A stretch of DNA of 64,000 nucleotides, taken from contig NIVC01002390.1 of the NCBI GenBank assembly GCA_002269645.1, positions 1-64,000 on the forward strand, in the 5' to 3' direction. The position numbers and the translations under genes are program-made. The notes below the pieces were generated by a model, which searched no databases, was not told the DNA's origin, and saw only the letters and a program-made list of their open reading frames with translations. Below are positions 49,101 to 61,100 of the stretch, one piece after another; positions within the stretch are counted from its first letter, which is position 1; every line of letters begins with the position of its first letter. This DNA is from Macrostomum lignano. Its lineage: Eukaryota.

Positions 49101-52100
49101 CTTCAGTTCTACTCGGCTCGGCCCGGAGTAGCCCCGCCAGTCCACATCGGGCCGGTCCTGCACCAGGTCGCCTTGGGTAGAAAGAGGCGGAGTGGAAACG
49201 CTTAAAACTTAGCCAAACACCCGCCTGCTAAACAGGGGAGCAAACAGTTTTGGAACTTTGTACTGCTGCTGCGTGCATATCTGTTAGAACAAGTGATTCG
49301 TCTGTTAGACAGGGAATCATATGTTAGACTCGGCCATCATTTGTTCGGCAGGAGCATTGGCTTTAGAAAGCCATACACCTACATTCTAGACAGGGGCATC
49401 ACCTGCTAGAAAATGGCATCACCTGTTAGACAGGGGCATCACCTGTTAGATAGGGGCATCACCTGTTAGACAGGGGCATTACCTGTTAGACAGGAGCATC
49501 ATCTGTTAGACAGGGGCATCACCTGCTAGAAAGTGGCATCACCTGCTAGAAAGTGGCATCACCTGTTAGACAGGGGCATCACCTGTTAGACAGGGGCATC
49601 ACCTGTTAGACAGGGGCATCACCTGTTAGACAGGGGCATCACCTGTTAGACAGGGGCATCACCTGTTAGACAGGGGCATCACCTGTTAGACAGGGGCATC
49701 ACCTGTTAGACAGGGGCATCACCTGTTAGACAGGGGCATCACCTGTTAGACAGGAGCATCACCTGTTAGACAGGAGCATCACCTGTTAGACAGAGGCATC
49801 ACCTGTTAGACAGGAGCATCACCTGTTAGACAGGAGCATCACCTGTTAGACAGGGCATCACCTGTTAGACAGGAGCATCATCTGTTAGACAGAGGCATCA
49901 CCTGTTAGACAGGAGCATCACCTGTTAGACAGAGGCATCACTTGTTAGACAGGAGCATCACCTGTTAGACAGGGCATCACCTGTTAGACAGGAGCATCAC
50001 CTGTTAGACAGGGCATCACCTGTTAGACAGGAGCATCACCTGTTAGACAGAGGCATCACCTGTTAGACAGGAGCATCACCTGTTAGACAGGGCATCACCT
50101 GTTAGACAGGAGCATCATCTGTTAGACAGAGGCATCACCTGTTAGACAGGAGCATCACCTGTTAGACAGTGGCATCACCTGTTACAAAAGCCACCTCTAC
50201 CTGTCAGACTGTCGCACCGATTTGAAGAACACCCAAGAGTCGCCAATATTAGATATATTAGAGCTAGCTACTATACTACTATACAAGAAAAACGTACTGA
50301 GAGACAATCGCTCTTGGCAGCATATAAATACTCACAGGCATCGCTCACCTGTAAGCAGAAGCGCCACTGCGCAATGAAAAAACTGTTCAGCGCTGAGCAC
50401 CTCCTCCTGGGTCAGGTAGCGATCCAAATTGGCAAAGTGACCGCCATAGGGCGGCATATCCAGCGGCTTAGGCGCCGGGCACGCCCTTAAAGTGGCATAT
50501 TTGTCCGACCAGAGCTGCTGACTGGCCGGGCCTCTGTCCGAGTATTTAATATACGGCCGGCTGGGCAACCGTTCAACAGCCCAGCTGCCCCGATCGTCCA
50601 GGCAGCGCAGTTCGGCTAGCAGTTCGTCAACTGTGCTGCGCGGCTCCTTGCGCAGCGCGTAGACTGCTATGCGGCGAGCTGTTGGCAGCAGGGCGTCCGG
50701 CGATAGGCTGGTCACGGCCAGGATGTAGCGGATGATTGTCTGGCGTGTGGACAGAGTGAGAATTGAATCTCCGTTGGTTTGCATAGCCTTTCCCCAACAT
50801 TTTTTTACAAGAAGCTGGCAATTTTCCTAGAAACTGCCAATCTACGACAAACTCACCGTTTTCTTAGAATTTCATACTTTTCCAAGAAGCTGCAATTTTA
50901 TTAGAAACTGATAAATCTACGACAAATATGCTGTTTTCTTAGAAATTCATACTATTCTATGCAAACTTTCCTAGAAACTGACAGCTACATGGGAAACTGA
51001 CTGTTTTCTTAGAAATTCCCATACTTTGCAAACCAGTTTTCTAGAAACAGACAAATCAACGAGAAACGCATTGTACAAATTTGAAGCAGCAAATTTTCCT
51101 AGAAACTGACAAATCGGCGAAGAATTCTCATTGTTTTCTTAGAAATTCATACTTTCTAAGAAGCAGCAAATTTTTCTAGAAATTTGTGCTATCCAAGAAA
51201 CAACATTCTCTAGAAAGTGAACACTTTTGTTAAAAACCCCGTAATTTTCAATAAAGCTAATAGTAGGTCAGAAAACCACGAAAGTCAACAAGTTTTTTAA
51301 AAATAAAGTCTTAGTTGCAGTTTTCTAAGAAATCCGAATAAAAACACAACAATCAATAAAATTTCAAGAAAATAACCAACCTTCAAATTAGAATGATCCG
51401 CGCTGCTTCGCACAAGGCCCTGCCAGATTGCCTCCAATTCGAATGGGAACAAATCCCCAATCTGATGCGTGAGCACCACCAGATTATTTAAAATCATTTC
51501 CGACGCCTCGATAGAACCGTAGCCGCCCGAGGTGGCTGGTATGGCGTCCCGGTCTAAGCTGAGCTCGATCGGTCTCAGCCAGGGCAGCAGCAGGCGGAAG
51601 ATGATCTGCTTCAGCGGCGGCCGGGCCTCTTCGCAGCGCCTGGTGAGCTCGGAGAAGACGCTCATGGTCAGGTCTTGGGCGTGGAGGACGGCGAATTCGG
51701 CGCTTAGAGTTTCCGCGCGAAGGCATGGAATGCGGCTGTGGGAATCGGAGGAGATTATGGGGCGATTATTGAAGGAGATTATGGGGCGATTATTGAAGGA
51801 GATTATGGGGCGATTATTGAAGGAGATTATGGGGCGATTATTGGAGGAGATTATGGGGCGATTATTGGAGGAGATTATGGGGCGATTATTGGAGGAGATT
51901 ATGGGGCGATTATTGAAGGAGATTATGGGGCGATTATTGGAGGAGAATATGGGGCGATTATTGGAGGAGATTATGGGGCGATTATTGGAGGAGAATATGG
52001 GGCGATTATTGAAGGAGATTATGGGGCGATTATTGGAGGAGATTATGGGGCGATTATTGGAGGAGATTATGGGGCGATTATTGGAAGAGATTATGGGGCG

Positions 52101-55100
52101 ATTATTGGAGGAGATTATGGGGCGATTATTGGAGGAGATTATGGGGCGATTATTTTAGGAGATTATAGGGCGATTATTGGAGATTATGGGGCGATTATTG
52201 GAGGAGATTATGGGGCGATTATTGAAGGAGATTATGGGGCGATTATTGAAGGAGACTATAGGGCGATTATTGGAGGAGATTATGGGGCGATTATTGGAAG
52301 AGATTATGGGGCGATTATTGGAGGAGATTATGGGGCGATTATTGAAGGAGATTATGGGGCGATTATTGAAGGAGATTATGGGGCGATTATTGAAGGAGAT
52401 TATGGGGCGATTATTGAAGGAGATTATGGGGCGATTATTGGAGGAGATTATGGGGCGATTATTGGAAGAGATTATGGGGCGATTATGGAGGAGATTATGG
52501 GGCGATTATTGAAGGAGATTATGGGGCGATTATTTTAGGAGATTATAGGGCGATTATTGGAGGAGATTATGGGGCGATTATTGGAGGAGATTATGGGGCG
52601 ATTATTTAAGGAGATTATGGGGCGATTATTGAAGGAGATTATGGGGCGATTATTGGAGGAGATTATGGGGCGATTATTGGAGGAGATTATGGGGCGATTA
52701 TTGAAGGAGATTATGGGGCGATTATTGAAGGAGATTATGGGGCGATTATTGAAGGAGATTATGGGGCGATTATTGAAGGAGATTATGGGGCGATTATTGA
52801 AGGAGATTATGGGGCGATTATTGAAGGAGATTATGGGCGATTATTGAAGGAGATTATGGGGCGATTATTGGAGGAGATTATGGGGCGATTATTGGAAGAG
52901 ATTATGGGGCGATTATTGGAGGAGATTATGGGGCGATTATTGGAGGAGATTATGGGGTGATTATTGAAGGAGATTATGGGGCGATTATTGGAGGAGATTA
53001 TGGGGCGATTATTGAAGGAGAATATGGGGCGATTATTGGAGGAGATTATGGGGCGATTATTGAAGGAGAATATGGGGCGATTATTGAAGGAGATTATAGG
53101 GCGATTATTGAAGGAGATTATAGGGCGATTATTGGAGATTATAGGGCGATTATTGAAGGAGATTATAGGTTGATCATCAAAGTAGCTTAAAATTCGATAG
53201 TGGGTAGAATTTATTAACACGGCGATTTTGGGAGGAAACAGGAGGGATACTCGACGAATTAGGGTTAATTATCGACAGAAATGAGGTAAAAAAACAATAC
53301 GGCAATTACCAAAGATAAAAAGCCCAGCAAAATGAATTTAAACCCACCGATAGAACGCCTCCCTCTCATTAGACGCATCCTTCCCCTCCAGATAGAACCG
53401 GTGATAGAGCAGCTGGAACAGGTGGCTGGCCTGTTGAGCGGCCGCCGGGTCTGGCAAGCCGGAGAAGAGCATCGCCAGGCACAGCATAACGGTATCGTAG
53501 CATGGGAAATCCGGCTGAGCGGTGAACACAGTCAGGATGATGCGAATGTAAGCGGGCGTGCCGACTGGCGCAGTGTAGCATCGGTGGACAAGCCAGTCTA
53601 GGAGGTCGCGAACATCCTGCTCGGAGTCGTGGGCTAGTAGCAACAGTAGCAGCTGGCAGACGGTGTCCTGAGCCAGCTGGGCGGACGGCCGACAAGCCAG
53701 CAGGCCGTCTAGCCAGGCGGTGAGGCGCGGCAGGCGGATCTCGCCTATGCCCAGCTCGCCGGTGCGGGAGTCCCGCTCGAGTCCCGGGCCGGAGGCCAGC
53801 AGGGCCAGCAGGCAGCGGACGGTGCACAGGTTGGCTTCAACTAGGGCGGAGTCGGCGGCTGCTGGCAGCGGGGCAGACGGCGGCGACAGCGACAGAGAGG
53901 CCGACTGGGTCGGCTGCATCGGCGCCGGCACCGCCTGCGGCATTGGCGGCGAATGAGAAGCCGCGGCTGCTGCCGCTGAAACAACGGCGGCCGCGGCCGA
54001 AGCGGCAACGGCAGCGGCGGCGGTGTCTCCACCGCAGACGAAAGCCATGAGAGGGCTGAGCGACGGCGGCAGCCAGGCGGAGACCGTGCGGAACAGGTCG
54101 ACCCGGAGTTGGCCGCTGGTACCCAGCAGGTGGGTCCGGGCCTCATGGTCGGCTGGGCCAATCAGATTGGCGAGAAAGTCGCACAGGTGACGGCGGAGCT
54201 CCACAGCTTCCTGCAGAGTTAAAAATATAACAGATGCAATATTACGCGGCGCATCTGAAGGCTGTCCAAGGATTGGGGGGTCGCCACACACAACCTCATT
54301 TACCCCATCTTACAGCTAGCTGGGTGAAATGAAGCAATGCAGAATTAAGAGACAAGTATTCGAGAGGGTTGAGAATCGAACCCTGACCTTTCAGTCGTGA
54401 GTCCGACGCTCTAACCACTAGGCTACAACCCCCTTGATAGACGAGTAACAAAGATCAAAGACCTGCACCTCTGTACACTCAGCTAACACCAGCACCGCTG
54501 TACACTCAGGCTAACACCAGCACCTCTGTACACTCAGCTAACACCAGCACCTCTGTACACTCAGCTAAGACCAGCACCTCTGTACACTGATGCTAACACC
54601 AGCACCTCTGTACACTGATGCTAACACCAGCACCTCTGTACACTGATGCTAACACCAGCACCTCTGTACACTGATGCTAACACCAGCACCTCTGTACACT
54701 GATGCTAACACCAGCACCTCTGTACACTCAGCTAAGGCCAGCACCTCTGTACACTCAGCTAACACCAGCACCTCTGTACACTCTCTAAGAGCTCTGAACA
54801 AAAACACAACACCAACCTGTGAATCGTCCCGCTCTAGAAAGTGTCGAACACCTTCTACAAAGTCTAACAGCGCCGAGATCAAACAGCCATAGCCTGTACG
54901 AGTCCCGGACTCGGCCGATCTCAGGCAACCAGTTCTTGCAGCCAAATCGAACAGCCGCAATAGGCAAGACTTAAGCGTGTCCCGCCGTTTCTTTCGCCGC
55001 ATCTTGTCGGACTTGTCGCAGGCCTCCCGCATTAGCGGCACCAATTCTTCTAGGCAGTCGCGAAAGCCTTTAGCATTCATCCTGCCTAGGCCACCAATCA

Positions 55101-58100
55101 CCGTAGTTTTTAGATCCGTGAGATCGCAGCGCAGCAGAGGCACTAAAAGTTTCACCAGATCCCGAGTGCCTCGCTTATCCTGACGAGCCGACGGTCTGAC
55201 AGCGGCGGCTGAGCCGGCAGATGAAGATGTCGAAGCTGAAGCGGATGATGAAGACGCGGCTGCGGAGGCGGAGCCAATCATGACGGGTGCTGAGTCGTCC
55301 GGGCACAGGGTGCAGCACAGCACAACATAGTTCTGCCACAGGTGAATGTACTGCTCCCTGTCTGCACCGGGCGGCCGGCTGCCAGACCTCAGCAGGCTGG
55401 AGGCTCGCTGACTCTGCGGCGAGTTGGGATCAACGTACTGGAATACGGAGTTCAACCTATCGAAGCCGTACACCCAGGCTGCTCGCAGTGAGTAGAACGA
55501 GCCGATCGACTGCTGCTCCAATAAGAATCCGCTGAGCACTCGAACCCAGGGATCGTCTATTAATACGGGATGCTCGGGTCCCGGATACCAGATGAACTCA
55601 GTGCGCTGCTGTTCCAGACAGCTCACAAAATCGTGAGCAGTTATTGACGGCCTGTCTGGCCTGATAGCAACTCGGTAATCCTCTTCGAGCTTGAGGCTGG
55701 CCAGGTACTTCTCGAATAAGTCTAACAGATTCGGTTCCTGGTGCTGGCTGAGAAGGCTGCGGGCCGCTTTTAGAATAGCGACACCCAGCTTGCGGGGCGA
55801 CGGCTTCAACAGCTGGGCCTGCGATGGGTCCAACCTGCGGATGGGTGCATTAAATTAGCTCAGGATGCACGGCCATTTTTGAATTGGTGAAGAGGCGAAT
55901 CTAGATTCGGTGAAGCGCGATTCTAGAATTGGTGAAGAGGCGAATCTAGAATTGGTGAAGAGGCGAATCTAGAATTGGTGAAGAGGCGAATCTAGAATTG
56001 GTGAAGCGCGATTCTAGAATTGGTGAAGAGGCGAATCTAGAATTGGTGAAAAGGCGATTCTGGAATCGGTGAAGGGCGATTTTAAAAATGGTGAAGAGGC
56101 GATTCTAGAATAGGTGAAGGGCGATTCTAGAATTAGTGAAGAGGCGATTCTAGAATTGGTGAAGGGCGATTCTAGAAATGGTGAAGAGGCGATTCTGGAA
56201 TCGGTGAAGGGCGATTTTAAAAATGGTGAAGAGGCGATTCTAGAATCGGTGAAGAGGCGATTCTAGAGATGAGAATCGGACGACGCTAGATATTTTCATA
56301 CCTCGTAGCAATCAGAGAAGAGAAAGTGCAGGTTGTGTATTTTCCCAGATCAATTCCCTAGGTCTCACCTAGGCTGGCACAGTGCAATAAGCGCCAATCC
56401 TTCGGCTTTGTGCAGCGCCTTGACCTGATCCTCGGCCAGAGCCTGACCGCCCGCCTTCTCCCAGTGCTGCAGCAGTTTGGCCAACGACAGCAGCGCGCTG
56501 TCAAACAGATCTGGCAGACTGTCGGCCAGTTCGCGTTGAACAAAATCGATGAGGCCCCGAACTACAGGCGCGCGCCAGTCGGCAAAGTCGTGAACCAGAG
56601 TGTGCAGCGCCGCCTGAACCATCTGCTTGACCTCGGCGTCCATGTGAATTAGCAGGCGGGTGAGGAACTCGACCAGTTCCGACTGGCGCATGTCGTCGCG
56701 ATTCGGCAATAGGCGGGGAATGGCCGACAGGCAGGTTTTGAGCAGGTCCAGCTTCTGCTTTCGCTCCTCGGCTGTCTTTGCTTGTTCGTCCGCGTCCACC
56801 TGTGTGGATTTATTAGAACTATCTGACAATATTCACTAGATCCTACTTACAGTAGCAGGTGCATAACAATAAATGGAAACCCTTTCGAATCCCAACTGAA
56901 GCTACTCGAATCCTAAATAATTTAACTATTCGAATCCTTCAAGAAACTACTCGAATCCTTCAAGAAACTACTCGATACCTTAATTCAACTTCTTTAATAT
57001 TGATTGAAACTACTCGAATCCCTAAGTAGAAATTCTAAAACCGCAGATGACATTATTTGACTCTGTGAACCACTGAATATAATACTTAAAAAATCAGTCT
57101 CCTAGAAGCAGAAGCTAGACGCAAGCAATAAATTTGCACACAGAAACAAAGCCACAAACCTTAGTAAGCATAAGTGCCCGGCCAACCACTGGATCTAGCT
57201 GTCTTATAATAGACACAAACGATTTCCTAATCTGAGGCAGGTAGGACTGTATGCCCAGGTTTTTGCCAGTATCGTCAGTAATCTGAGAAGCAATGAGGCT
57301 CTTCTTGACTTTGATAGTGCCCAGATCCACAGTGCGCAGCAGCATAGCCGGCTCCTCTTTCTGCTGCAGCGCGTGTACAATGCTGAGAAACGCGCGCAGC
57401 CCGATGTTCATACGTTCAGGCATGATCATCTTGGGCCTATTGACGCATAGCAACTCGAATATGATCTCTTTAATAGCGAAATCGAATTTCTCCTGCGCTA
57501 TTAGATTGATAATGCGAACAAATATGTTGATAGGGGTCTCCTTGGGTATGACTAGCTTGCTGCCCTTGGGAAAGATTGACAGCACAATGCTCTGCAGCCG
57601 GCTCTGGGTCTCTGAGTGCTTCTCGCCCCGGATGCGAATAATGTAGACCCACAGCAGGCGGAACACGCTGTCCAGACTGATGCGGGCCATCTGGGGATCG
57701 CGCGACTTCAGGTGGCTTAGGCACAGGCTGAGAAAATAAGGCCAATGACTAAGGAAGAATTGCTTCTGAGAGACGCAGAGTAAACAGGTGACCAGCGGGA
57801 ATAGGGCTAGACTGTGCTTCTTCTTTGTAGCCAGCTCGTTGCATGGGTTCCACAGAGTGTCAACAATCTGGCGCATAGCGGGAATGTTCACTTCATTCTT
57901 TGCCACTGCGGCCACGGGCAGCAGGATTTCTACTAGCAGGCCGGCTAGCGAATGTCTGACGGGCGGGGGGGAGGCGGACGATGATATTTGTGTTGCTAGG
58001 TGCTATTTGCTAGTTTATACTGATTAACTGATTTTATAATATAATAGATAAATCATAAAATGAGCGGAGAAACTGATTTTGACGACTGACAAATTGAAGA

Positions 58101-61100
58101 GGCAGATTCAAAGAATGGGGAGTGAAGAGGCAGATTCAAAGAATGGGGGGAGTGGAGAGGCAGATTCAAAGAATGGGGGGAGTGGAGAGGCAGATTCAAA
58201 GAGTGGGCAGTGGAGAGGCAGATTCAAAGAATGGGGAGAGTGGAGAGGCAGATTTAAAGAGTGGGCAGTGGAGAGGCAGATTCAAAGAATGGGGAGAGTG
58301 GAGAGGCAGATTCAAAGAATGGGGAGAGTGGAGAGGCAGATTTAAAGAATGGTGAGTGGAGAGGCAGATTCAAAGAATGGGGAGAGTGGAGAGGCAGATT
58401 CAAAGAATGGGGAGAGTGGAGAGGCAGACTCAAAGAACGGGGAGTGGAGAGGCAGATTCAAAGAATGGGGAGAGTGGAGAGGCAGACTCAAAGAACGGGG
58501 AGTGGAGAGGCAGATTCAAAGAATGGTGAGTGGAGAGGCAGATTCAAAGAATGGGGAGAGTGGAGAGGCAGATTCAAAGAATGAGGTGAGTGGAGAGGCA
58601 GACTCAAAGAATGGGGAGAGTGGAGAGGCAGATTCAAAGAATGGGGAGAGTGGAGAGGCAGATTCAAAGAATGGGGGAGTGGAGAGGCAGATTCAAAGAA
58701 TGGGGGGAGTGGAGAGGCAGATTCAAAGAATGGGGAGTGGAGAGGCAGATTCAAAGAATGGGGAGTGGAGAGGCAGATTCAAAGAATGGGGAGTGGAGAG
58801 GCAGATTCAAAGAATGGTGAGTGGAGAGGCAGATTCAAAGAATGGTGAGTGGAGAGGCAGATTCAAAGAATGGGGAGTGGAGAGGCAGATTCAAAGAATG
58901 GGGGGAGTGGAGAGGCAGATTCAAAGAATGGGGAGTGGAGAGGCAGACTCAAAGAGTAACAGAGCTCTTGATTTATGACAAAAAATTCAAAGTTGAATAA
59001 ATATAGAGTTGAGCTTGTTTGAAGCTGTGAAAAAGCGTCCATACCTGATCTCCTTGTCCTTGACTTCATTAAAGTACACGGCCAATTCGTGCACAAAGGA
59101 GGCGCCAGCCTCCAAATCTTCAATAGGCGCCATCTGCACTCGCAGAAATTTCATACCCATCAGCAGGCTTTTAATATTGCGCGTCACAAACAGATTCAGT
59201 TCTCGGGACCGCAACTGACGCAGCTCGGTCCAGAACTTTTTCCGCACAGCCGCAAACCGATATTTGGCCAGAACGCCAACTACCGAAGCGTACATGTCTG
59301 CTACGAGGTTGAGATTGGCCGCGTTTGGCCGCGTCTGCGTGCTGATTGGTTGGGAAAAGTTGGGCAGGTGCTTGGTTAACGAAAAGGACATCTAAGCAAG
59401 GACCACTGTAGTATAACGGGACGTAAAACTGGAGCCAAATTAGTAAATACTGAGAAGTGGAAATTTTGTGAAACATCGAAACATTTAAACTCATAAATCA
59501 CTAGCTATTTCTAGACCTGACCACAGATACTAGAATAACTAGATAGGCCACTCAGGCTTTCTACTTTCAGTTCAGTAGCAAAGAAGAATACATAAGCTAT
59601 TTTAAAAAATAAAAGCATCTGAAATGACTTTGATAAGTTTAGAAGCCCAAGCTTGCAGGCGCTAACAGCTTGCTAATTGGTTCAGCAATAATGTACATTA
59701 GCCAATCCACTGAAATGTACATGGCAGCTTTAGGCTGGAATTCCGAGGAAGGCAATAAAAATTGGGTGGCGGGGCGGGGGGTAGTGTGGAAAGGCGCGAT
59801 TGGAGGGTTTAAGCTAAGGGGGGAGAGAGCCAATAAATGAGCTTTGGCTTTGAAAATACATTAAAATTGTTCGGTTTAACTTACTACTGAACTGAAAGTA
59901 GCTTACACGCAAATGTGCTGAGTGGCTTATCTAGTTATTCTAGTATCTGTGCTCTTGTTTACATACTACAGTGGTCTTTGTATCTAAGCTGTAGCACCGT
60001 GGCACCAGCCTACCTGACATTTCAGATTATTGCCAACCAAAGGTCAAAGGAGGAGGTCAAAGGAGTCAGCTTACCCCCCCTCCCCCAGTAAAATCGGAGT
60101 TTATATTTCCTGGTATATTGTCTGTGCCGCTAAAATGGAGGAAAATAACATTTCCTAAGACCAAAAAAAGCAATCAAGCTAAAATCTTACTCTTCCTTCT
60201 GTTTGAAATGGCTGAAGCACTGATTGAGTATACGGTCGACCATCTCCTGATAGCCCGGATGGCCAGAAATATGTTCGAGCACTTGTATTAATACCAGACA
60301 GAACAGGTAGTCGACGGCCAACTGGAAACATTTCATGTTCTAATTATTCTACTTTTATAAGTAGTGCTCAGTATGTGTTCTTAATTTTGTACAAATTGGT
60401 AATAGAAATTATGTAATAAATTTTAATAATGCCTAAATTATAAACGCACATCTTTCCGTTCGACCGCAATGTCCTTCTCGGACATGGCCGGCTGGGCGGC
60501 GGCGCCGGCTCCGGACACGGGTCGAGTCCGAGGCCCGGCCGACTCGGTAGCGGAATCGGCCGAATGCTGATAATCGTACCATTGGAATAGGGCGGTAACA
60601 ATGGAAGGCAAGCAGTGCTCGGACACTGTGCGCAGCGAAGCTATCACTTGGTCAAGCGTGGCTTCCCTGTCGACTACCGAAGCGGCGGCAGCGGCCGCGG
60701 CGGCGGCGGCGGCGGCGGCGGCTGCAGCGGCGGCGCCACGCTGTGCAACTGCGGTTGAAGGCCAGCCAGGCGCAGCAACGGCTTCGTCGGCCGTGGCGAA
60801 AAACTTGGCCAAATTGCGCTTGTCGTCGGAGCTGCTCTGGAATTTGGGCGATTGGTTGATTTTTTTGCAGCTGTTGACAAGTGGCCAGACAGTGGGGAAT
60901 CGGGGAGCAGAGGAGCAGGGAAGCCAGTAGGGATGACAAGGGAGTCTATGGGGATGGCAGGGGAGTCAGTAGGGATGGTAGGGGAGTCTATGGGGATGGC
61001 AGGGGAGTCAGTAGGGATGGTAGGGGAGTCAGTAGGGATGGTAGGGGAGTCTATAGGGATGGCAGGGGAGTCAGTAGGGATGGTAGGGGAGTCTATGGGG

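Noticed and set aside
51532-53220. EEIMGRLL/GDYGAII ORFs
   Set aside because: 24-nt intronic minisatellite with frameshifting variants.
54360-54433. Functional tRNA gene
   Set aside because: A and B boxes are present but the anticodon stem and T stem cannot pair properly, and a SINE-like body follows.
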